A stretch of 64,000 bases of DNA from an uncultured Acidobacteriota bacterium (GCA_963700145.1 OY969474.1:4736001-4800000); one strand, 5' to 3'; positions 1 through 8,866 are shown, counted from the first letter of the stretch. Notes: generated by a model from the sequence alone, not told the origin. Made by a program: numbers and translations.

Positions 1-1
1 C

Positions 2-1090
2 TTGGCGATGCTGGCCCACGAGCTCCGCAACCCCCTGGCGCCGATCTGCAACGCCCTGCAGATCATGCGGCTGACGGGCGGCAACGGGGAGGCGGCCGAC
101 ATGCTCGACCGTCAGGTCGGCCAGATGGTGCGGCTGGTGGACGACTTGCTCGACGTGAGCCGCATCAGCCGGGGCAAGATCGAGCTCCGCAAGGGGCGGA
201 TCGAGCTGGCGTCCGCCGTCCATCACGCCGTGGAAGCCGCCCGCCCGCTCGTCGCGAGCATGGGCCAGGAGCTGACCGTCACGCTGCCGCCCGAGCCGAT
301 CTACCTGAACGCCGACCCGACGCGGCTGGCGCAGGTGGTGGGGAACCTGCTGAACAACGCCTGCAAGTACACCGAGAGGGGCGGCCGCATCCGGCTGACC
401 GTCGAGCGGGAGGGCGAGCAGGCGGTCATGGCGATACGGGACAACGGCATCGGCATCGCCGCCGACCAGCTGCCCCTGATCTTCGACATGTTCTCGCAGG
501 TCCGGGGCCCGCTGCTGGGTTCGCAGGGCGGCTTGGGCATCGGGCTGACGCTGGTGAAGAGGCTGGTGGAGATGCACGACGGCACGGTGGAGGCCCGCAG
601 CGCCGGCGTCGGTCAGGGCAGCGAGTTCGTCGTGCGCCTGCCGATCACGGCCGCTGCGCCGGAGCCGCCGCCGCCACAGCTGGCCGCCGGCGTGCCGGCG
701 CCCCAGACCGCCCGGCGCATCCTCGTCGTCGACGACAACCCGGACACGGCGACGTCGCTTGCCACGTTGTTGCAGCTGACCGGCAACGAGACGCACATCG
801 CCCACGACGGCCTCGAGGCGGTGGCGGCGGCGGCGGCGTTCCGGCCCGACATCGTGCTGCTCGACATCGGCTTGCCGAAGATGAACGGCTTCGAAGCGGC
901 CCGCAAGATCCGCGCGGAGCCATGGGGCAGGGCGATGGTGCTGGTGGCCCTGACCGGGTGGGGTCAGGAGGAAGACCGCCGCGAATCCCGTGAGGCGGGG
1001 TTCGACGCCCACATGGTCAAGCCGGTGGAGTACGCTGCCCTCACGAACCTGTTGGCCGAGTTGCAGCCGCCCGTGGGGACCCCCGGCTAA
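2..1090 (+). CDS. Hybrid sensor histidine kinase/response regulator (5'-truncated by window edge)
   Basis: H-box LAHELRNPL, N-box NLLNNACKYT, G boxes DNGIGI/GLGIGL, C-terminal receiver (LVVDDN, LLDIGLP, HMVKP). Confidence 0.95.
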   Translation: MAMLAHELRNPLAPICNALQIMRLTGGNGEAADMLDRQVGQMVRLVDDLLDVSRISRGKIELRKGRIELASAVHHAVEAARPLVASMGQELTVTLPPEPIYLNADPTRLAQVVGNLLNNACKYTERGGRIRLTVEREGEQAVMAIRDNGIGIAADQLPLIFDMFSQVRGPLLGSQGGLGIGLTLVKRLVEMHDGTVEARSAGVGQGSEFVVRLPITAAAPEPPPPQLAAGVPAPQTARRILVVDDNPDTATSLATLLQLTGNETHIAHDGLEAVAAAAAFRPDIVLLDIGLPKMNGFEAARKIRAEPWGRAMVLVALTGWGQEEDRRESREAGFDAHMVKPVEYAALTNLLAELQPPVGTPG

Positions 1091-1887
1091 CCGTACGCCG
1101 CGCGCCGGCGCAGCGCCGCGAAGCCGAACAGGGCCAAACAAACACTCAGAACGATCATCGCCCACTCCGAGAGCGTGGGAATCGCCGCGACGGAAGGCGG
1201 GAAGGCGGGACCGCCGCTGCAGAGGGTGACCTGGTTGTTGTCCAGCGTCACGGCACCGTTCCGCGCCAAGGTCCTTCCGCTCACGTTGGCGCCGGTATTC
1301 AGGGTGATGCTGGTGAGCGCGACGATGCTTCCCGCCAGCGCGGTGCCCGTGCCCAGCGTCGCCGAGCTGCCGACCTGCCAGAACACTCCGCAGCTCGATG
1401 CACCGTTGATCAGCAGGACCGACGAGGCGCTCGCGGTCGTGAGCGTGCTCCCCATCTGGAAGACGAAGACGGCATTGGAGTTGCCTTGCGCGTCGAGAGT
1501 GAGCGTTCCCGTCAACTGGGCCGAGGACGCAAAACAGTAGACGCCCGGCGTGAGCGTCTTTCCACCCAGATCCTGCCCGGTCAGGTCGGTGTTGCACGCC
1601 CCGCTCGCCAGGGTGTTGTACAGGGTGGTGAGCTCGGTCTGAGCCCCGGCGGCTACCGCATCGGCGGCGTGGATCGACCCTCCAACCACGATCCCCGGAG
1701 GAAAGCCGGTGACCGAGCTGCCCGGGCTGACGCCCAGATTGCCGGTCACGATCGTCGGGCCGGTATTGGTCACCGCCGAGCCACCGAGCACCGCGAACGA
1801 GCTCAGCGGCTGGGCGCCTGCAGTGGCAGGGCCGTAAACGAGTGCGGCGAATCCCAGGGCCAGGGCAGTCAGGCACTTGCGGTTCAT
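1087..1887 (-). CDS. Secreted DUF3494 (ice-binding-like) protein with IPTL-CTERM sorting signal
   Basis: Signal peptide; FAVLGGSAVTNTG, DLGGKTLTPGVY, VFWQVGSSATLG motifs; ends IPTLSEWAM + hydrophobic helix + RRR. Confidence 0.9.
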   Translation of the reverse strand: MNRKCLTALALGFAALVYGPATAGAQPLSSFAVLGGSAVTNTGPTIVTGNLGVSPGSSVTGFPPGIVVGGSIHAADAVAAGAQTELTTLYNTLASGACNTDLTGQDLGGKTLTPGVYCFASSAQLTGTLTLDAQGNSNAVFVFQMGSTLTTASASSVLLINGASSCGVFWQVGSSATLGTGTALAGSIVALTSITLNTGANVSGRTLARNGAVTLDNNQVTLCSGGPAFPPSVAAIPTLSEWAMIVLSVCLALFGFAALRRRAAYG

Positions 1888-2016
1888 TAGGGACCCCTCC
1901 TTCCCGAGTTGACGGCGATCATAGGGGGTTTCTTGTCGAGGTCAAAACAGGGCCGTGGCTCGTGGCTCGCTTCGTGCAGCTCTCCCATTGGGTTCACCTC
2001 ACTGAAAGGATGGCTC

Positions 2017-2460
2017 ATGAAGCGACGCATGGTTCTGGGTTTGTCTGCTCTCTTGCTTGTCCTGATCGCGGCGGCGCCGGCCGGCGCCGTGGCTGAGACG
2101 ACGATCTGTCGGATGGACTACACGCTCAAGGGCTGGTCCGCGTTCTACAAGACGTCGCGCGGATCGGGAACGATCACCTGCGACAACGGTCAGACGGCGA
2201 GGGCGAAGCTCTCCGGCAAGGGCGGCGGCCTGACGGCCGGCAAGTCCCAGATCCGGGAAGGCTACGGGACGTTCTCCGAGGTCGCCGACATCGGCGAGCT
2301 GTTCGGCACCTACGCCAGCGCGACCGCCGCGGCCGGCGCCGTCAAGTCGTCCGAGGCGCAGGCCCTCACCAAGGGTGAGGTCTCCCTGGCCCTGGCCGGC
2401 AACGGCACGGGCGTGGAGCTCGGCGTCAGCTTCGGCAAGTTCACGATCACCAGGCGGTAG
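2017..2460 (+). CDS. Secreted hypothetical protein (Gly-rich beta-strand pattern, one Cys pair)
   Basis: ATG at 2017 after AAGGA; signal peptide MKRRMVLG...AGA; coding-like codon usage. Confidence 0.75.
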   Translation: MKRRMVLGLSALLLVLIAAAPAGAVAETTICRMDYTLKGWSAFYKTSRGSGTITCDNGQTARAKLSGKGGGLTAGKSQIREGYGTFSEVADIGELFGTYASATAAAGAVKSSEAQALTKGEVSLALAGNGTGVELGVSFGKFTITRR

Positions 2461-2465
2461 TCCCC
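2351..2465 (+). repeat. Direct repeat copy 1 (3' end of the 2017-2460 gene)
   Basis: Matches 7088-7202 with 4 mismatches, offset 4737 bp. Confidence 0.97.
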
Positions 2466-2534
2466 AAGGCTGCCGCGCGCCTTCGCGAGCGGCGGCCGTC
2501 CCCCTTTCTTGAAGTTGACGACTGTGCGGACGCG

Positions 2535-4827
2535 TCAGAACGCTAGGGTGAGGTCGAGCATGAACATGTCGGCCTGATAGTCGCCGTTGTTGGCGTTGAG
2601 CAGCAGCGCGCCCGGCAGGTAGTTCCGCAGGTCCTGCAGGATGAAGCTGTCGATCGTGTAGTCCTCATGGCGGTACGTGAAACCCGCCTCGGCCCCTTCG
2701 GCGATGCGGTAGTCGAGTCGCCCCTGGAGGGCGAAGAGCTCGATGTCCTCGTAGTTCGGCAGATCGATCGGCGCCGTGCGCGTCCCGAGCGGCAGGCCGC
2801 TCGGGACGGCGAAGAAGTCGGCGAAGCCGTCGGACTCCGTCCAGTTGCCCGAGACGTCCGCCGTCCAGCCTTTGGCGAAGCGACTGGTCAGGCCGAGCCC
2901 CCAGGTGTCGTTGACCTCGTCGAAGTCGATCGACCAATCGTCGAGCGGCCGCGTCGAAGGGGCGCTGCCCGACTGCCGGCCGCGCTGGGAGACGTCGCGG
3001 TCGGCGCGGTGGCCGAAGAGGTAGAAGTTGAGCTTCTCGCCCGGGGCGTACGAGACCTCGGCGTTGTACTGGATGACCTCGTCGGCGAGGAGCCCGTGCG
3101 CGCTCTCGTCGTACTCCTCCTCGCGGCCGGTGATGCCGGCGGTGAAGGTCCAGGCGTCGGTGGGGTAGAAGTCGGCCAGCAGCCGCCACTGGTCGTACTC
3201 CCGCGCCGCCTGCGCGTACTTGCGCAGCCCGGGCTGGTTGTTGGTCCCTTCGGGATCGGCGAAGCTCTCCTCCTGCGCCTCGACCCGGTAGCCGTCGATC
3301 GAGCGGTCGGCGATCTCGTAGCTCGCCCGGAGGTTGAGCCGGCGGCTCGGCCGCGTGTCGAAGCTCAGGGTCACGACGTCCTCGTCGGAGCCCTCCACTT
3401 CGCGAAACTCGCGGTCCCAGGTCTGCCGCCGGTAGGCCAGGCCCAGGCTGCTGTCGCGGAAGATCTCCCAGTCGAGGTCGAAGCCGAGGTCCTGCCGGGT
3501 ATAGGCGTAGGGGACGGTGATGCGCGGGATCTCCTCCCAGACCGAGTGGAAGCGGACGTAGCCGGGGAACTCGATCCGCGGCGAGCGGTTGTCGTAGTCG
3601 TAGTAGCGGTAGCGGAAGACCAGCGACACGTCCTCGCCGACGCGCGTGCCGACGTCGCCGTTGAGCGCCAGCACCTGCACCTCGGTGTCGGCGTTGCGCA
3701 CCGGCAGGTTGGCGGGGTCCGTCGCGTCGAAGGTGGCGTGGGTGTGCGGATCGATGCCCCGGATTGCGCTGTTGAGCGTGAACGGCAGCAGCACGTCGTC
3801 CTGCGTCATGAGGTTGTACGAGGCGCTGCCACTCGCCCACCAGTCCCCGGCGAAGCGGGCGCGGCCGTCGGCGAAGACGACGCTCGAGCGGTTGTCGGGC
3901 GCCAGGTCGGCGAAGCCGCGGGCGGCGCCGTTGATCGACGAGCTGCTCGGCGACTGGTAGGCGTTGGCGTCCGTCGAGTCGGTGGCGCGGAACGGGTTGT
4001 CCCAGACGAGGGTGCTGACGTCGTTCTCGAAGACCGAGTGGCGGATGCCGAAGCGCGCCCCGCCGCGCTCGCCCTTCCACTCGCCGGCGAGCTCGGCGCC
4101 GGTGGTGTCGTACTCGATGGGCTCCGGCAGCTCGGTGACGTTGTTGAAGCCGAACGAGGCACCGAAGGGGCGGGTGCCGCTGCGGTTCTCGTGCGTGTAC
4201 TCGAGCCCCCAGGCGAGCCGCCCCATCTTGCCGAGGTCGATCCGCGCCAGCGTGCGGTCGCGCCGCAGGCCCAGGCTCACCTCCTGCTCGGCGGCGAGGT
4301 AGGGGGCGAGGACGCCGTCGAGGAAGGCGAAGGTGACGCCGGTGCGGTTGGCGGTGAACTGCTGCTGCACGGCGCCCTGGATCGCCGCCTGCACCGGGTC
4401 GGCGATCTCGTAGACGCCGGGGCCGGTCCGGCTCCAGAGCATGCGGCCGCCGTTGCCGAAGCGGTGGGGGATCTTGTTGTAGTCGAGCCGCAGCTCGTAG
4501 CGCCCGGAGAGGCCGTAGGCGAGGGTGTAGCGGGCGTCCTCGCGGCCGATGCGGGAGGCGGCGAGGTCGAAGGTGCGGCTGCGGTCGGCGCTCTCGCCCT
4601 CGACGTCGAGGGCGGCGAGGAAGCCGCTGCCGAGGTCGCGGTACTCCTCGAGCTTGGCCGAGTCGGTGTCGACGTCGGTCTCGAGCACGGCGAAGACGAG
4701 CGGATCGACGCGGAAGCTGAACCCCTGCGCCGCGGCGTCCTGGGCCGCGGCCGGCGCGCCGGCGGCGAGGGCGAGGGAGCGCGGCGAGGACGACGGCGGC
4801 CGGCGGCGTGGTCGTGCGGGCGTCCAT
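2535..4827 (-). CDS. mtrB: MtrB/PioB-family outer-membrane beta-barrel porin, frameshifted (+1) at ~4775-4777 in the signal peptide
   Basis: Immediately downstream of decaheme gene; KLEEYRDL, ELPEPIEYDT, LVWDNPF, LAPDN motifs; terminal Phe; AGGAGG RBS before ATG 4827, which is one base out of frame with the barrel. Confidence 0.88.
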
Positions 4828-4836
4828 GGCGTCCTC

Positions 4837-5790
4837 CTAGTGCGCCAGGTACGGCGCGGACGGATGGTTGCTGCCGTGGATCGCGGCGTGACAGTCCAGG
4901 CAGGCCCGGTTGAAGACGCGGTTGCTGCCGCGCGCCGGGTCCTCGAGGGTCGGCACGCGCAGGCCGTCGTAGAGGCTCCCGGGGTGGCGGGTGTTGGCGT
5001 GGCACTGCTGGCACAGGTACGGCACCGATGTCTTCTGCAGCTTCAAGTGGTTCGAGCCGTGCGGCGTGTGGCAGTTGAGACAGCTCTCGCGCACCGGCGG
5101 ATGGTCCCAGAGGAACGGACCGCGCTTCTCGGTGTGGCAGGAGTAGCACTGGTCGTTGACCGAGGCGGCGCGGATCAGCTTCGGGGTCGAGGCGCCGTGC
5201 GGGTTGTGGCAGTCGGAGCAGGAGATCTTGCCCTCGCGGATCGGATGGTGGGAGTTCTTCCAGGTCTCGGCGCGGACGTCCTTGTGGCAGGCGAAGCACT
5301 GCTCGGCGACGGTGGCCGACTTGAGCTGCGCCTGCTCGGTCTTGGGCGCATGGACGCTGTGGCAGGAGATGCAGGAGAGGCCGCGCATCTGATGGCGGCT
5401 GCCCTGCCAGAACATCTGCTGGCCGCCGTCGTGGCAGGTGCGGCAGACCGCGACCTGCGCCGGGACGCTCAAGCGGTCGACGCGGGGGTGGAGCGCCGGG
5501 TCGTCCGGGTCCTCGGCGTGCGCGCCGCCGGGACCGTGGCAGGTCTCGCACCCCAGGTCCGAGAGCCGCGCGAAGGCCGCCTTGCCGTGCGGCGTGCCGG
5601 CGAGGTGCGTCGCTTCGGTGTCGTGGCAGGCGGCGCAGGTCTCGGTCCCCACGTAAGCGGCCGCCGTGGCCGCGTGCGCGGGCGCCGGCTGTGACTCGGT
5701 GGGTTCCTGCTGGGGGGTGGCGCCGCTGCCGGAAGCGGCGGCGAGGAGCGTACCCGCGGCGACCGGAACCAACAGGTAAGGAAGCCTCAT
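4837..5790 (-). CDS. mtrA: Decaheme c-type cytochrome, DmsE/MtrA/PioA/MtoA family
   Basis: Ten CxxCH motifs, EKRGPFLWDHPPV and IHGSNHPS signatures, signal peptide, GGAGG RBS. Confidence 0.95.
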   Translation of the reverse strand: MRLPYLLVPVAAGTLLAAASGSGATPQQEPTESQPAPAHAATAAAYVGTETCAACHDTEATHLAGTPHGKAAFARLSDLGCETCHGPGGAHAEDPDDPALHPRVDRLSVPAQVAVCRTCHDGGQQMFWQGSRHQMRGLSCISCHSVHAPKTEQAQLKSATVAEQCFACHKDVRAETWKNSHHPIREGKISCSDCHNPHGASTPKLIRAASVNDQCYSCHTEKRGPFLWDHPPVRESCLNCHTPHGSNHLKLQKTSVPYLCQQCHANTRHPGSLYDGLRVPTLEDPARGSNRVFNRACLDCHAAIHGSNHPSAPYLAH

Positions 5791-5840
5791 CGAGCCCTCC
5801 TCCCGCGTGCAGGTCGGGTGGGACCGAGACCGAGCAGTTG

Positions 5841-5850
5841 ATTCTAGAAT
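5841..5850. promoter_or_regulatory. Palindromic ATTCTAGAAT giving a TAGAAT -10-like hexamer on both strands
   Basis: Centre of the 100-bp divergent gap between mtrA and the monoheme cytochrome. Confidence 0.45.
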
Positions 5851-5890
5851 AGCTCCAAACGGATTGATTGCAACCTCGAAAGGGGCGACC

Positions 5891-6250
5891 ATGAAAGCCA
5901 CTCTCGTCCTCGCCGGCGCCGTCTCCGCCCTGCTCCTGGTTCTCACCGTCTCGACGCCCGCCACCGCCGCCGCCCCGGCCAAGCTCGACGGCAAGGCGAT
6001 CTTCCTCGCCCAGAAGTGCAATCTCTGTCATGACGTCTCGTCGGCGGCCATCACCGCGACGACCAAGTCCGCGACGCTGAAGGGTCCCGACCTGACTGCC
6101 AAGGCGAGCAAGCGCGACGCCCGCCTGCTCAACGACTACCTCCGCAAGAAGGCCGACATCAACGCCAAGAAGCACAAGAAGGAGTTCAGCGGCAGCGACG
6201 AGGAGATCGGCGCCCTGATCGCGTGGCTGCAGGCGCAGGAGAAGAAGTAA
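5891..6250 (+). CDS. Periplasmic monoheme cytochrome c (MtoD-like; probable His/His ligation)
   Basis: Signal peptide, GKAIF..KCNLCH, GPDL; no Met after the heme motif, one distal His (KKHKK). Confidence 0.85.
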   Translation: MKATLVLAGAVSALLLVLTVSTPATAAAPAKLDGKAIFLAQKCNLCHDVSSAAITATTKSATLKGPDLTAKASKRDARLLNDYLRKKADINAKKHKKEFSGSDEEIGALIAWLQAQEKK

Positions 6251-6259
6251 GTCGCCGGC

Positions 6260-6874
6260 ATGCCCTTCTTCGCGGAAGCCCTCGCGGTCCTCACTCTGGT
6301 CACCATCGCGCTGGCCGCGCTGGTGGCCCTGCGGCCGGCGCTGACCGCGGCGCGCGGCGGCAAGGTCCTGGCTTTCCTCGCCCTCTTGGTGCTGCCGCTG
6401 TCGGTGACGGCGCTCGGGCTGTCGGCCCACGTGGAGCGCTCGAAATCGACCGAGTTCTGCCTCTCCTGCCACGTCATGGAGCCCTACGGCAAGAGTCTGC
6501 GGGTGGACGACGCGGCGTTCGTGCCGGCCAGCCACTACCAGAACAACCGCGTGCCGCGCGAGAAGGCCTGCTTCACCTGCCACACCGACTACACGATGTT
6601 CGGCGACGCCAAGGCGAAGCTGCGCGGCCTGCGGCACGTCTACGTCTACTACCTCGCCGGCGCGCCGGAGAAGATCGCGCTCTACGAGCCCTACAACAAC
6701 CGCGAGTGCCTGTACTGCCACGCCGGCGCGCGCAGCTTCGAGGAGAGCGAGCTGCACGTCGAGATCCGCGACGAGCTGCGCGCCAACCGGACGTCGTGCC
6801 TGGAGTGCCACGACGTGGTCCACGAGGTGGACCAGCTCGCCGGCAAGCCGCTGTGGAAGGAGGCCCGGCGATGA
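6260..6874 (+). CDS. NapC/NirT-family membrane tetraheme cytochrome (CymA-like quinol dehydrogenase)
   Basis: N-terminal TM helices, STEFCLSCHVM, four CxxCH motifs. Confidence 0.9.
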   Translation: MPFFAEALAVLTLVTIALAALVALRPALTAARGGKVLAFLALLVLPLSVTALGLSAHVERSKSTEFCLSCHVMEPYGKSLRVDDAAFVPASHYQNNRVPREKACFTCHTDYTMFGDAKAKLRGLRHVYVYYLAGAPEKIALYEPYNNRECLYCHAGARSFEESELHVEIRDELRANRTSCLECHDVVHEVDQLAGKPLWKEARR

Positions 6875-7077
6875 GCGCGGCCGAGCCGCTGCTCGCCCGC
6901 CGCTTCAAGATCGCCGCGGTGCTGGTGTCGCTCGGCCTGGCGATCGAGGCGCTGACCCTCTTCTGGGCCCACCCCACGGCCTTCCTCGCCTTCCTCCTGA
7001 TCGGCGGCACCCTCGTCGCCGCCGGCGTGCTCCTCTACCTCTTCTCGATCGTCAGCTACACGACCGCACCGCGGTAG
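6871..7077 (+). CDS. Small two-TM membrane protein (68 aa)
   Basis: ATGA overlap with the NapC gene; two hydrophobic helices. Confidence 0.75.
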   Translation: MSAAEPLLARRFKIAAVLVSLGLAIEALTLFWAHPTAFLAFLLIGGTLVAAGVLLYLFSIVSYTTAPR

Positions 7078-7087
7078 CGGGCGCCCA

Positions 7088-7202
7088 CCGAGGCGCAGGC
7101 GCTCACCAAGGGAGAGGTCTCCCTGGCCCTGGCCGGCAACGGCACGGGCGTGGAGCTCGGGGTCAGCTTCGGCAAGTTCACGATCACCAGGCGGTAATCC
7201 CC
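7088..7202 (+). pseudogene. Direct repeat copy 2: orphan 3' fragment of the 2017-2460 gene
   Basis: Encodes the same EAQALTKGEVSLALAGNGTGVELGVSFGKFTITRR-stop; no start codon or 5' part. Confidence 0.92.
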
Positions 7203-7234
7203 CCCCGAGGCCGCCGAACTCTCTCGACTGACGA

Positions 7235-7750
7235 GGGAGTGGGGAGGAGGAGATCGGGAGAGCTCCCGCCGTCTTCCGGAAAGCGGATGGGGACGGTCGG
7301 AACGCTCCCGGAGGCCGGGGAAACGCGGCGGAGGCGCCGGGGAAAGCTCTGCGGGCAAGTCGGAACTCTGCCTGCCCAGCGCAGAGCGCGGGAGCCCGCC
7401 GACGCTCGCGCGGAGCGCTCCGGCGGTGCGCGGGCCCTGGGAGCGGCTGTCGCGGACCCTGCAGAGAGTCGGTTGGAGGCGGCGCCGGCTCCGCCGGCCG
7501 GCTCGTGCGGGCCGCCAGAGCCCGCGCCCGCGCGCCCGCAATCGCGCCGTGGACCCCCGGAGCGCTCCCGCGGCCGCCGGGAGCATTCTCTCGTCGTCCG
7601 GGAGCTTTCCCGGCCATCCGGGAATGCTCCCGGTCTCGCTGGGAGAATTTCGCTCTCGCCTGGGAATGCTCTGGCCGAGCGCGGGAGTCCTTCCGACGTC
7701 ATGAGGGGCCTTCCCGGGCGCTCCGGGAGCTTTTCCCGGCCGCGTCGGGG
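7235..7750. repeat. Two oppositely oriented degenerate arrays of ~21-bp units (cores like GGGAAAGCTCCC / GGGAGCTTTCCC)
   Basis: Cores at ~7256, 7277, 7298, 7318, 7340, 7361 and ~7579, 7600, 7620, 7641, 7662, 7683, 7704, 7725. Confidence 0.6.
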
Positions 7751-7794
7751 GTCCGCCGTGAGCCTCCCGCCGAATTCTCAGATCGACCTAGCCT

Positions 7795-8838
7795 CTAGAG
7801 ACCGGCCGCCCGCAGACGGTCGCGGAGGTCCGCGGGCAGCCGCGCCAGCTCGGCGGCGACGTCGCGGCGCGGTCCGACGTGCGGCGTCAGGCCGCCCCAC
7901 GCCGCGCCGAGGTCCTGGGGCCGGTCCTCGGCCAGGACGTCGAGCAGCGCGACCGCCTGGCGGCGGTCCTTCGCCGCCCGGGCTTGCTGTGCCGCGGGGC
8001 GCCGGCGGGCGCTCCACAGCTTGTGCAGGGCGAAGCGGGCGGGCGTGGGGATCTGGACGAGCACCGGCTCGCCGCCGAGGACCACGGCGGGCGCGGTCTC
8101 GGCGAGCAGGTAGCCGAGGAAGGGAAGGGGCTGGGCGGCGATACCGAGCGACGGGACGGCGACGGGCGTCTCCCCGCGCTTCCGGCCGCGGGCCGGCACC
8201 AGGAAGTCCACCCGCAGCTCGCGGCCGCGGATCTTGAACGAAGTCGAGGGCGCGGCTGGATCCAGCCCCGGCACCGGGAAGAAGCCGAGGCCCGATTCGA
8301 GGAGCGAGCGTCCGAGGTCGGCCCGCTCGTCGAGCGCGACGTCGATCGCCGGATCATGGGCGATGTCGATGTCCTGCGTCTGCAGGATCTGCTGCTCGAA
8401 GCGGACGCCGAGCAGGTTCCCCAGGGCCGTGAACGCGCGGGTCCCGACGAGGACGCCACCCCGCCTGAATACGCCGGCGTCGCCGAGCAGCCGCAGGACT
8501 TCGACCGCCGCTCTCGACTCGGCGAAGGCGCCCCCGCGCGCCAGCATGCCGGCGAGCCGCACGCGGACCTCGCGGTCGGGGGTCATCGCCGCCCGGCGAT
8601 CCGCCACCCGGCGCATCCAGTCGAGGAGCGCCGCGGTCTCGGGCCCGAGGTAGTGCTGGCGCTTGGCGGTGCCGCGGGCGACCTGGAGGTACCAGTACCG
8701 CGCGCCCTTGATCTCTTTCGAGACGAAGGTGCCCGGCGGCAGCCCCGCGGCGACCCGCTCCGCCTCGGCCTGGAGAGCGTGGTCGAGGAGCTCCGAGTAG
8801 AGTACCTGGACGCTCTCGGGCAATCGCTGGATCGGCAT
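7795..8838 (-). CDS. GSU2403-family nucleotidyltransferase-fold protein
   Basis: YSELLD, KGARYWYLQ, HYLGPE N-terminus; VLVGTRAF, TQDIDIA, PARFALHKL, KDRRQA motifs. Confidence 0.85.
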   Translation of the reverse strand: MPIQRLPESVQVLYSELLDHALQAEAERVAAGLPPGTFVSKEIKGARYWYLQVARGTAKRQHYLGPETAALLDWMRRVADRRAAMTPDREVRVRLAGMLARGGAFAESRAAVEVLRLLGDAGVFRRGGVLVGTRAFTALGNLLGVRFEQQILQTQDIDIAHDPAIDVALDERADLGRSLLESGLGFFPVPGLDPAAPSTSFKIRGRELRVDFLVPARGRKRGETPVAVPSLGIAAQPLPFLGYLLAETAPAVVLGGEPVLVQIPTPARFALHKLWSARRRPAAQQARAAKDRRQAVALLDVLAEDRPQDLGAAWGGLTPHVGPRRDVAAELARLPADLRDRLRAAGL

Positions 8839-8866
8839 TCGTCTTGTCCGTCGCGATCGTCCGCGC

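Noticed and set aside
2665-6823. Long alternative-frame and antisense ORFs over the cytochrome cluster (720, 748 and 848 aa)
   Set aside because: Arg/Pro/Gly-rich shadow frames typical of very high-GC DNA; only the first 17 codons of 2665-4827 belong to the real mtrB
7056-8237. Several overlapping ORFs across the 7.2-7.8 kb gap
   Set aside because: No motifs, no RBS and low-complexity translations; better explained by the periodic repeats
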